Below are positions 18,866 to 28,055 of a stretch of 64,000 bases of DNA, piece by piece. How positions within the stretch are numbered: position 1 is the first letter of the stretch; the number at the start of each line of letters is the position of its first letter. Source of the DNA: Desulfatiglandales bacterium (lineage in GTDB: Bacteria; Desulfobacterota; DSM-4660; Desulfatiglandales; Desulfatiglandaceae); contig OY759599.1 in NCBI GenBank assembly GCA_963662465.1, forward strand, positions 704,001-768,000, read 5' to 3'. A program made the position numbers and the translations under genes. The notes beneath the pieces are model-generated. The model searched no databases, was not told the DNA's origin, and was given only the letters and a program-made list of their open reading frames with translations.

Positions 18866-19180
18866 TGTTTGCTTGGCAATCTCCCAGTGGGGATCATCGG
18901 TAATGAAAACCTGCACGTCGGCCTCGATTCGCGCTGTTTCAAGGATTTCACGCAGTTCCATGTCCATATTCTTGGAGTCGCCTTTCAGCGGCAGGGTGCA
19001 TAGAATGCGTATCCGGCGGCGGCGCCATTCATGGCTCTGTACCAAGAGGTGGGCCATCAGAAGGGCGAGGGCCCCGTGCTTCGGCCCGCGCCACCAGATA
19101 TCCACCGTCCCCGCGGGCGCCGTCCAGCGATCTTTTTCCTCGTCGCATTTCACAATGAGAATGCTCCGTCTCATCGGTGC
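18866..19180 (-). pseudogene. C-terminal fragment of an amino-acid permease/cation-chloride cotransporter (SLC12-like)
   Basis: GTVDIWWRGPKHGALALLMAHLL...WRRRRIRI...ARIEA resembles the SLC12 cytoplasmic domain; no membrane domain present. Confidence 0.6.
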
Positions 19181-19197
19181 TGATTATCATTGAACCG

Positions 19198-20658
19198 TCA
19201 CCTTTGAATCGACCTGTAAATGTCGATATATTCTTTCGCCGACCGATCCCAGGAAAAGTCCATTGTCATGGCGTTATGCATCAATTGATCCCGGTGTGTG
19301 CGGTCCCGGTAAAGGTCCACCGCCTGCAAGATGGCGCTCAGAAAAGCTTTGGAATCATAGGGGTAAAACTTGAAACCATTTCCTTTCCCGGTCGCTTTAT
19401 CAAAAGGGGAAACGGTGTCTTCCAGCCCCCCCGTGCCCCTTACCACGGGAATGGTTCCATATTTCATTGCATACAATTGGGTCAGACCACAGGGTTCGTA
19501 GCGGGAGGGCATCAGAAGGATATCGGCGCCCGCGATGATGCGATGGGCCAGGTTTCCGTCAAATCCGTACCGCAGGGCGATGCGACCGGGAAATCGGACG
19601 CGGGCCGCCTCAAGGGCTTTTTCGACCCACTCATTCCCCGAACCCAGGATCACCAGGCCGGCGCCCGTTTCCATGATGTCGTCCACGATGGACACCAGGA
19701 GATCAAATCCCTTTTGACCGTCCATGCGGCTAATCATGCACAACAGCGGCCTTTCCGTCCCATTTGAATCCAGTTGCAGCTCTTCCATCAGTACTGTCTT
19801 GCACCGTTGTTTGCCGCCAGGGTCCTTCACACTGTAGTGGGCGGCAATATGCGGGTCCGTTTCCGGGCGCCAGATGGTATAATCCACGCCGTTCAGGATA
19901 CCGCGAACATCTCCCCCCCGGTGTCTGAGAATGCCCGCCATGCTCATCCCCTGGTGGTCGGTCTGGATTTCTTTCGCATAGGTGGGGCTCACCGTTGTAA
20001 CGGCATGGGCGTAAACGATTCCTGATTTGAGCAGACTGAAATTGCCCCAGATTTCCAGTCCGTCGGTGTGAAAGAATTGGGAATGGGACAGGCCGGTCAC
20101 CGGCAATCGATCTCCTCCGAAGGACCCCTGATAGGCCAGATTGTGAATGGTGAATACGGTGGGCATTCCCGAAAGGTTGGGCCAGTCGGCGTAGGGTCCC
20201 TTCAGCAGGGCGGGGATGAGCCCCGTCTGCCAGTCGTGGAGGTGCATGACATCAGGCCTTACGGAGAGTTGATTGGCCAGTCGCAGGGCGCCGTGACAGA
20301 AAAAGGAGAACCTCTCCAGGTTGTCGTAGTAATCCCCATGACGATTCCCATAAAGGTTGGGCCGATTAAAAAGGTCTTCCCGATCGATGAGATAGACCCG
20401 GATCCCTTCGGGGGTCAGGGTTTCCAGCACATTGGCTTTAAGGGTTGCATATCCTAAGGGGACATCCATATCGGTTATCATGGGACGCCAGGAATAGCCG
20501 CTTTCGAGAATCGTTCGGTATGCCGGCAGTACCAGCGTCGTCTCCACTCCCCGGTGGGCCAGTGCCGGGGGTAAGGCCCCCGCCACATCGGCCAGTCCGC
20601 CGGTTTTGGCAAAGGGGACGGCCTCGGGGGAGATCATGAGAATTTTAAGTTCAGCCAA
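19198..20658 (-). CDS. glgA: Glycogen synthase
   Basis: KTGGLADV, HLHDWQT, FTIHNLAYQG, GILNGVD, MPSRYEPCGLTQL; probable TTG start at 20658 after GGAGG. Confidence 0.95.
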   Translation of the reverse strand: MAELKILMISPEAVPFAKTGGLADVAGALPPALAHRGVETTLVLPAYRTILESGYSWRPMITDMDVPLGYATLKANVLETLTPEGIRVYLIDREDLFNRPNLYGNRHGDYYDNLERFSFFCHGALRLANQLSVRPDVMHLHDWQTGLIPALLKGPYADWPNLSGMPTVFTIHNLAYQGSFGGDRLPVTGLSHSQFFHTDGLEIWGNFSLLKSGIVYAHAVTTVSPTYAKEIQTDHQGMSMAGILRHRGGDVRGILNGVDYTIWRPETDPHIAAHYSVKDPGGKQRCKTVLMEELQLDSNGTERPLLCMISRMDGQKGFDLLVSIVDDIMETGAGLVILGSGNEWVEKALEAARVRFPGRIALRYGFDGNLAHRIIAGADILLMPSRYEPCGLTQLYAMKYGTIPVVRGTGGLEDTVSPFDKATGKGNGFKFYPYDSKAFLSAILQAVDLYRDRTHRDQLMHNAMTMDFSWDRSAKEYIDIYRSIQR

Positions 20659-20674
20659 ACGTTTTCCTCCTGAA

Positions 20675-21937
20675 TTATGCCTTGGGTTTCGCCTTTTGGG
20701 CGGATTTTTCGTCCCAGACCTTGAGCAGGTAGCCCTTGTTGGCTTCAAACTTGACGGCCTGGTCCTCCACCAGTTTTTCAGCCTCCCGGGAACTCATGTC
20801 CCAGCTTTCCCGAACAAAGGAAGCCACCCGGGCATAGTAGAGGGGCGTCATCACATCCAGAAGCTTCATGCGGTTGATGTCCCATAGATGAAAGGTGGCG
20901 GCCAGTTCATAGAGCATTTCCACCCATGCTTCCGTGCGCAGGTGAAAATCGGTGGCATCCATTTTAGCGGTCTTTTCGATTTCAGCCAAACAGTCTTTTG
21001 AGAAGATGCTCTTCCAGAAAGGGGAGAACTGGTTGTGTCCCGCCTTGAACAGTTCGATGAGACCCTCCAGGTTCACCTTGACGGGCTCTGGCTCCAGGCT
21101 TCCCTCAAAGCCGAAGGTCTCCACGGGCTCGCTGCCTTCGATGCGTTTCCAGTAGGATTCGTATCGCTCCATCTGGGAAAAGAGGGCGGAGAGGACCTGG
21201 CGGAACATGGGACCCAGGTGCTGGCCCGGGTCCTTGGCATCGTGGATTTTAACCCCCAGGTTGGACTGGCAGATGCGAAACCCCTGGGTGATGGCGCTGG
21301 TGGTCATCCAGATGTCGATGCCGAAGCGGGCCACGTCCGTGTCCCACACATTCTGTTCAATGTAGAATTTGGCCAGGTCGCCGGAAATGGCAAAATCCCC
21401 GCCGATGGGCTGGCGGATGCGTTTACCGTAGAGGGCGCGGGTCAGGTTGTAGACGATATTGTTGGTAATGGTGCCGTCGTACTTGTGCCGGACGTACACG
21501 GGCGCCACGAACTGGTAATCTTTTTCCAGTACCGGGTTCAGCAGGTATTTCACCCAGTCCGGGGTGATGCTGCGGAGATCCGAATCCACCATGGCGCAGA
21601 CCCGGACACCGAGCCGGTCTGCGGCCTCGAAAAGGGATCGCAGGGCGGTTCCCTTGCCCCCCGGTCCCCGGTAAATGGAAACCAGTTTTTCCTGCCAGGG
21701 TTTCAATTCAAATTCCTTGGCCGCCTCCCGCGTGTCGTCGGTGGAGCCGCCGTCGGCTACGAAAATCACGCTGCGCATTCCCTTGTAATGGGTGGCCAGA
21801 CCATGGCTTACCATCTGGATTACGTGGGCGATGGTGGTTTCGTTGTTAAAGCAGGGGATGCCCACCAGAACGTCGGCGGACTCAATTTCCTCGATTCGCT
21901 TGGATGTGTAGGCCCGCAGGGCCGTGTCGTATTGCAT
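20675..21937 (-). CDS. GT-A glycosyltransferase, glucosylglycerate/mannosylglycerate synthase-like
   Basis: VGIPCFNN, DGGSTD, GKGTA, DSD, RHKYDGTIT, RQPIGGDF, FGIDIWMT, KIHDAKDP. Confidence 0.75.
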   Translation of the reverse strand: MQYDTALRAYTSKRIEEIESADVLVGIPCFNNETTIAHVIQMVSHGLATHYKGMRSVIFVADGGSTDDTREAAKEFELKPWQEKLVSIYRGPGGKGTALRSLFEAADRLGVRVCAMVDSDLRSITPDWVKYLLNPVLEKDYQFVAPVYVRHKYDGTITNNIVYNLTRALYGKRIRQPIGGDFAISGDLAKFYIEQNVWDTDVARFGIDIWMTTSAITQGFRICQSNLGVKIHDAKDPGQHLGPMFRQVLSALFSQMERYESYWKRIEGSEPVETFGFEGSLEPEPVKVNLEGLIELFKAGHNQFSPFWKSIFSKDCLAEIEKTAKMDATDFHLRTEAWVEMLYELAATFHLWDINRMKLLDVMTPLYYARVASFVRESWDMSSREAEKLVEDQAVKFEANKGYLLKVWDEKSAQKAKPKA

Positions 21938-22112
21938 GGTTTCACCTCCGTGCGCATGTTTTTGTGAAAACTCAATGTCGGAATGATTTTAAAGTGTTTT
22001 TCACCCTAAAAGCACCGATATCCCTTAATACCCTTAACAGTATCCTGGGATGATTGCAACAGGCTTTATAATGATCGGCCATGTAATCGAGCCCGCATGT
22101 CAACCCGCGGGG

Positions 22113-22583
22113 TTATTTCGGTAAGTTAACAGCTTTATAATGCTTGAGAAGATCAACGATGGTGAGGTCCGCTACAACCCTTTCCTCATCGTCCAGTATG
22201 GGAATCTCCTTGATGTTGTGGTCGATCATGCGTTGGAGTACGTCTTCAACGTCCTCGGAATATACGGCAAACATGGGTTCCCGCTGCATGAAGTCGCCGG
22301 CGGTTTCCGAGACAACCATGCTTACGAGACTTCGAGAATCAATGGACGGATCGTGGTAATGGAAAAAAACGTACCGGATCATATTTCCCAGGGAGAGGAT
22401 GCCTCTGAATTTCAATTCGTCATCCACGACGTACAGAATTCGCGAGTGATCCGACGCGGCAAAAGCATCTATGATTTCATTAACCGTCGCTCGCTTGTTG
22501 ACCACTGGGATTTTACGCTGTTTCAGTTGTTCCACCAAATCGGCAATTTTACCCAGACTCTTTTTGTCCTTTGCCGCTGCCAT
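22113..22583 (-). CDS. Stand-alone CBS-pair protein
   Basis: Two CBS motifs (LYVVDDE...GILSLGN; IPILDDE...DLTIVDLL). Confidence 0.85.
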   Translation of the reverse strand: MAAAKDKKSLGKIADLVEQLKQRKIPVVNKRATVNEIIDAFAASDHSRILYVVDDELKFRGILSLGNMIRYVFFHYHDPSIDSRSLVSMVVSETAGDFMQREPMFAVYSEDVEDVLQRMIDHNIKEIPILDDEERVVADLTIVDLLKHYKAVNLPK

Positions 22584-22607
22584 CTTGCGTCCTCCTGTTG
22601 CTTTTCA

Positions 22608-23864
22608 CTATGATGTTTCATCCGGTATTTCGCCTGCTTTTTTTAAAGCGAATTTCGTAAGAATCGGACCAACGATCTCAAAGAAAATACAGGTTGTGGT
22701 GATCGTGGTCAGTACGACGGCGCCGATTGTCGCGGCGTGTGGCAGGCTATACTGTAGGTTGAGCTGAGAGAACTCCTGTTTGACAATGAGCGATAGGCCG
22801 ATTGCCACACCTGCCTGGGAGAGAATCCCCATGCCCACGTATTTTTTTACGTTCTTTTCGACGCGACCGAATGAGCCCCCAAGACGGGCGCCCCCAATCA
22901 GTCCCGCTGATCGTCCCAGTATGTAAACGGCGCCGATACTTCCCAAAGCAGGAATGCTCGATAGTCTCATGTTTGCGCCGGCGAGACAGAAAAACAGGAT
23001 GAACACCAGTGGCATAATTTCAAGCAGTGGGGCCGTTACACGTTGCACCAGCGCTTCACGCCGGCTGTTGACCAGCACAAATCCAATCATCATATTGGCC
23101 AGAATCAAAGACAGGCGCCAGCGTATTGACAATCCCGTGGTCAATAGAACGACGCCAAAAAGGAGGATCAGGATGTCTCGGGATTTTTGCATTCGAAGCA
23201 CCAGTTTGTAGAACAAAAATCCGATGACGCCACCCATTGCGAGACTTAAACCGATTTCCACCATTGGCGTCACCAGGGTGGGGAGGACGCTTGTGGCGGC
23301 GCCGGAACTCTCTTTGACGAGAAGGCTCTTTGCAAAGCCGGCGGCAAACCCGAAGATGATGATGGCCAGGCCATCGTCAAATCCCACGACGGCATAGAGG
23401 GCTTTTGTCAGGTTCCCCTTGGCTTTATACTCCTGAATAACGGCAACAGTGCCCGCCGGGGCACTGGCGGGGGCCATTGCGCCGAAGATGATAGATAAAG
23501 GCAGATCGCGGGTTAAAAGATATACAGCGGCGACAACCAAAAAAAAGGCCCCAAAAGATTCCGCGAAAATAATGGAGATGATCCCTGATCCCATGCGCTT
23601 CAGAGAAGACAAACTGAGTTCCGAACCAATAGTGAAGGCAACAAATCCCAGGGCGATCTCGGTTAGAAACGACAGATCCTCAATCATGGGTTCGTCAATA
23701 AGGTTTAGTATGGATGGCCCGAGGATGACGCCAAGAATCATATAGCCGACAAGTGACGGAAGTCTGATGCGCTGGGCAACACGGCCCACATAGAACCCGA
23801 CAATTGTCGCCAGTCCAAGGAGTGTTAACGCGGAAATATGCAAAAAGGAAAGATCTGTTTTCAT
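22608..23864 (-). CDS. Cation:proton antiporter (CPA2/KefB-like)
   Basis: About 12 TM segments; RLPSLVGY, ASAPAGT, GFDD, QAGVAIGL. Confidence 0.88.
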   Translation of the reverse strand: MKTDLSFLHISALTLLGLATIVGFYVGRVAQRIRLPSLVGYMILGVILGPSILNLIDEPMIEDLSFLTEIALGFVAFTIGSELSLSSLKRMGSGIISIIFAESFGAFFLVVAAVYLLTRDLPLSIIFGAMAPASAPAGTVAVIQEYKAKGNLTKALYAVVGFDDGLAIIIFGFAAGFAKSLLVKESSGAATSVLPTLVTPMVEIGLSLAMGGVIGFLFYKLVLRMQKSRDILILLFGVVLLTTGLSIRWRLSLILANMMIGFVLVNSRREALVQRVTAPLLEIMPLVFILFFCLAGANMRLSSIPALGSIGAVYILGRSAGLIGGARLGGSFGRVEKNVKKYVGMGILSQAGVAIGLSLIVKQEFSQLNLQYSLPHAATIGAVVLTTITTTCIFFEIVGPILTKFALKKAGEIPDETS

Positions 23865-24079
23865 CAGGATAGGATCACTAAATTTTTAACCTTAAATGGC
23901 TACCGATTAATTCGATCAATGATTTCGGAACACTGTGCGCAATGGCCAAGTTATTCCATGTTGAAACATGCGCTGTAATTTCCTCAATGATATGATCAAT
24001 TTTCCGTTTTGTAAATATAGGACTTATTTGGGCATCTTCTGATAGCGCTTGACAATATTTTGCCCATATGAGATGAAGT

Positions 24080-26623
24080 TTGAAAAAATGCTTCGCCTCA
24101 TCATCTATTTCGCCAAGGTTCTCTATGACTTCAGTTGCGATGGCGCCAACGTATGGAAGCGCTCTTCTGAAACATTTACTTCTTTTTGCCGTATGTATAT
24201 TCTTTTCTCCCTTTAATTCCCACGCCCAGGTAACAATCGGAAATCCCCCCCTTCAGAAAAGCTCATTAAGTACCATTATCGTGGATGATTACTATCCCTA
24301 CGCCTTTGTAAATCAAAATGGAAATCCCGATGGTTTCAGTGTCGATTTGATCAGGGCCATTGCTCAAGAGATGAGATTTGATCTGAACATCCGTGTGGAC
24401 ACATGGGATCGGGCCCGTAACGCCCTAATAAGCGGGGAGATCCAGGTTCTTCCCATGATGGCCTATTCAAAGGATAGAGATCGGATTTTCGACTTCTCGG
24501 TCCCCCACACCATTGCCTATGACGCCTTTTTTACGAGAAAAAGCGACAGCAAAATAAGCACGCCTGATGACCTTCGCGGCAAAAAGGTTATTGTCATGAC
24601 GCATGACCAGGCCCATGATTATCTTCTGTCCTCCGGACTTGTGGAACCCCGGCAACTGATTCTGGTTGACAGTCTCCCCGAGGCCCTCAAGCAACTATCG
24701 TCAGGCAAAGCAGATGCCGCACTGATGCCCAAATTGGTGGGCTTGGTTTTGTCAAAAGAACTCAAGCTCAACAATCTCGCGTTATCACCCATTGTTGTTG
24801 AGGATTATAACAGACCCTTCAGCTTCGCGGTGGTGGATGGAAATAAAGCCGTTTTAGAAAAACTAAGCCAGGGATTGAGCATTTTAAAAACCTCCGGACA
24901 ATACGACAACCTCTATAAAAAGTGGTTTAGTGCCCTGGAACCGCCGGGTTTTTCCCTGAGTACCGTCCTGAAATACATTGGCGGAATAATCCTTGGCTTT
25001 ATGGCGATTGGATCTGTACTGATATTATGGTCCTTTTCCCTGAAGCGGCAGGTGACCTCACGAACAAGTGCCCTTGAGCAGGAAATGGTAGAACACCGTC
25101 AGGCGGAAGAAGCGCTACGGAAGAGTGAGGAGAAATATCGATCCATCCTTGAGAGCATAGAGGATGGGTATTATGAAGTTGACATGGATGGCAACTTCAC
25201 CTTTTTCAATGACTCGCTTTGCAGGATATACGGCTATCCCACCGAAGAATTAATGAAAATAAATATCCGGACAGCCACTGAGCAAAACGCTGAGAAACGG
25301 GGGTATCAGGTTTTCAAAAGGGTTTACCACACCGGACGCGCCGAAAAAGGGTTTGAATGGCCGGTGATCAGAAAAGACGGAACCAAAAGCGTTGTGGAAG
25401 CCTCCGTGACCCTGAGAAAAGATGCGGATGGGGAACCAATCGGATTCAGAGGCATTTTAAGGGATATTTCCGAAAAACGCAGACTTGAAGCCCAGCTTGT
25501 GAGAGCGCAAAAGATGGAGGCTCTGGGGACGCTATCTGGTGGCATCGCCCATGATTTCAATAACCTGCTGATGGCAATTCAGGGGCGCATCTCTATAATG
25601 CTGATGGACAAGGATGCTTTGCATCCGGATTTCGGACACCTGCAGTTGTTAGAGAAACACATTGAAAGCGCTGCAAATTTAACAAAACAACTCTTAGGCT
25701 TCGCCCGAGGTGGAAAATACGAGGTCAAGGCGACGGATTTAAACGGACTTATCAAAAATCAAAATCGCATGTTCGGCCGAACCAAGAAAGAAATCTCCAT
25801 TCATGGAACCTACGAAAAAAACCTTTGGACTGCGGAGGTTGACCGGGGACAGATGGAGCAGGTTCTGCTGAACCTCTATGTGAATGCCTGGCAGGCAATG
25901 CCATCCGGCGGTGATCTCTATATTCAGACACAAAACGTGACCCTTGATGAGCATTACATAAAGTCTTATCAGGTCAAACTGTGCAATTATATAAAAATAT
26001 CCGTCACCGATACAGGGGTCGGAATGGATAAAGCGACCCAGGAAAAGATCTTTGACCCATTTTTTACCACCAAAGAGATGAGCAGGGGCACCGGCCTGGG
26101 ATTGGCTTCGGCATACGGCATCATTAAGAATCACGGTGGATTAATTAATGTTTACAGTGAAAAAGGGCATGGCGCCACCTTTAACATCTATCTGCCCGCT
26201 TCTGAAAAGGACGTTATGGAAGAGGAGAAATCGGTGGGCGGCCCATTGGGAGGATCTGAGACGGTCCTTTTCGTGGACGATGAGGATATCATCATTGAAA
26301 TTGCAGTGGAACTGTTGGCGCACATCGGTTATCAAGTATTGAAAGCTGGCAGCGGAAAAGAAGCGATTGCCATATATGAAGCGAACAAGGAACAAATTGA
26401 CATCGTCATTTTGGACATGATCATGCCGAACATGAGTGGGAGCGATACCTTCGATGCCCTGAAACAGATAAACCCTCGGGTCAAAGTTATTCTTTCCAGT
26501 GGATACAGCATCAATGGGCACGCCACCGACATCATGGATCGAGGCTGTGACGGCTTTATTCAGAAACCTTTTAAAATGAAAGAACTGTCGGAAAAACTGA
26601 GGGGGGTTCTGGACCGTAAATAA
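24080..26623 (+). CDS. Hybrid histidine kinase with periplasmic SBP_bac_3 sensor, PAS and REC
   Basis: YYPYAF...GFSVDL substrate-binding fold, [16 protein letters not shown], HATPase, REC; start uncertain. Confidence 0.92.
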   Translation: MKKCFASSSISPRFSMTSVAMAPTYGSALLKHLLLFAVCIFFSPFNSHAQVTIGNPPLQKSSLSTIIVDDYYPYAFVNQNGNPDGFSVDLIRAIAQEMRFDLNIRVDTWDRARNALISGEIQVLPMMAYSKDRDRIFDFSVPHTIAYDAFFTRKSDSKISTPDDLRGKKVIVMTHDQAHDYLLSSGLVEPRQLILVDSLPEALKQLSSGKADAALMPKLVGLVLSKELKLNNLALSPIVVEDYNRPFSFAVVDGNKAVLEKLSQGLSILKTSGQYDNLYKKWFSALEPPGFSLSTVLKYIGGIILGFMAIGSVLILWSFSLKRQVTSRTSALEQEMVEHRQAEEALRKSEEKYRSILESIEDGYYEVDMDGNFTFFNDSLCRIYGYPTEELMKINIRTATEQNAEKRGYQVFKRVYHTGRAEKGFEWPVIRKDGTKSVVEASVTLRKDADGEPIGFRGILRDISEKRRLEAQLVRAQKMEALGTLSGGIAHDFNNLLMAIQGRISIMLMDKDALHPDFGHLQLLEKHIESAANLTKQLLGFARGGKYEVKATDLNGLIKNQNRMFGRTKKEISIHGTYEKNLWTAEVDRGQMEQVLLNLYVNAWQAMPSGGDLYIQTQNVTLDEHYIKSYQVKLCNYIKISVTDTGVGMDKATQEKIFDPFFTTKEMSRGTGLGLASAYGIIKNHGGLINVYSEKGHGATFNIYLPASEKDVMEEEKSVGGPLGGSETVLFVDDEDIIIEIAVELLAHIGYQVLKAGSGKEAIAIYEANKEQIDIVILDMIMPNMSGSDTFDALKQINPRVKVILSSGYSINGHATDIMDRGCDGFIQKPFKMKELSEKLRGVLDRK

Positions 26624-26650
26624 ACGACGACATAATTGCAACTCCCTCCG

Positions 26651-27850
26651 CTATGACACCGGAATTTCCGATTCCGGGCTCCCGGAACCCGCACGAATTT
26701 TGAAGTCCTCTTTTCGAAGATAATATTTTTTCATTAATTTGTGCAGCTGACGGGTCGTAATCCCGGCCACCTGGGCAGCGGGTTTCAGCTTTCCGGCTGA
26801 ATTTGACAGCAACTCCTTCAAATAGGCCTTTTCAGCCTCTTCAACAACCCTGCGCCGCATTTCAGACAACGTTTTGGAGGCATCCATGGGCAACATTGGA
26901 GGGGAATCCCCAAAGCCTGAAACCTCATCGGGAAAATCGTATTCGGTAAGGGCGGGCGGACTTCCCAGAATGTAGGCCCGCTCCATGAGGTTTTCAAGTT
27001 CCCGGATATTCCCCGGCCATGCGTAGGTTTTTAACCCTTCCATAACCTTTTCATCAATGGAAAGGATGCCTTTCTGGCCTTTGGTTTCCTGCCGTTTGAG
27101 AAAAAGCATGGCAAGCTGCGGAATATCTTCCACCCGTGCGCTGAGTGGCGGGATCTCGATGGGAAACACATTCAGTCGATAGTAAAGGTCCTTTCTGAAT
27201 TCGCCCATCCGGCACATTTCGTCCAATCCCGCATTGGTGGCCGAAATCACGCGAACATCCACATGGATGGTTTCTTCCCCGCCCACCCGTTGAAAGACGC
27301 CATCCTGAAGAACATGAAGCAGCTTGATTTGCGCTGCGGGGGTCAGGGTGCCTACTTCATCCAGAAATATGGTGCCGCCGTCGGCCATTTCGAATTTGCC
27401 CAGCTTTTTCCGAATGGCCCCGGTAAAAGCGCCTTTTTCATGGCCGAAGAGTTCGCTCTCCAACAGTGTGTCAGGAATGGCGCCGCAATGGACGCTGATA
27501 AACTGGTTATCTCCGCGGTTGCTGTGGGTATGGATAATCCTGGCCAGAAGACCCTTTCCGGTTCCCGTTTCCCCGGAAAGCAGAACCGTACTCCGGGTCG
27601 GGGCCACGGAACGAATCATCTCAAAAACTTTTCGCATGCGTGCATTCTGGGTCCGAATATCCTCCAGGGATTCGGTTTGCCAGAATCGGTCCCGAAGATA
27701 ATCCAGTTCGGACTCCATTTGTAGAAGTTCCTTGCTGCCCTTGACGCCCTCGACACGGTAACCCGGCCCGAGGGCCTCCTTGATCTTCCGTACAACCGCC
27801 GAATCGGCGCCGGCAACAGTAACCGCTTTCATCAGGTGCCTCATGTTCAA
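26651..27850 (-). CDS. Sigma-54-dependent (NtrC/Fis) activator with an apparently deleted receiver domain
   Basis: GETGTGK, ESELFGHEKGAFTGA, FLDEV, WPGNIRELEN and C-terminal HTH; only about 45 aa of REC-like N-terminus remain. Confidence 0.85.
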   Translation of the reverse strand: MNMRHLMKAVTVAGADSAVVRKIKEALGPGYRVEGVKGSKELLQMESELDYLRDRFWQTESLEDIRTQNARMRKVFEMIRSVAPTRSTVLLSGETGTGKGLLARIIHTHSNRGDNQFISVHCGAIPDTLLESELFGHEKGAFTGAIRKKLGKFEMADGGTIFLDEVGTLTPAAQIKLLHVLQDGVFQRVGGEETIHVDVRVISATNAGLDEMCRMGEFRKDLYYRLNVFPIEIPPLSARVEDIPQLAMLFLKRQETKGQKGILSIDEKVMEGLKTYAWPGNIRELENLMERAYILGSPPALTEYDFPDEVSGFGDSPPMLPMDASKTLSEMRRRVVEEAEKAYLKELLSNSAGKLKPAAQVAGITTRQLHKLMKKYYLRKEDFKIRAGSGSPESEIPVS

Positions 27851-28055
27851 TAAAGTTTAAAATATTTTTTCAAAAATAAGAATAACCATATTTTTAATCG
27901 ATTGAGCTATAGCAAAAGGTTTTACCGAAGTCAACGTTTCAGGAAAAGATCATCGAAAACCAATAGTATGCTACAATCTACTTCACAACAATACCGCATT
28001 GTGATAAAAATTTGATAATTTTTGTCATTTAAAAATATTTCCAGCAGAGGGACGT

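Noticed and set aside
27908..27930. Possible sigma-54 promoter for the activator gene
   Set aside because: GG-GC spacing is 11 rather than the required 10.
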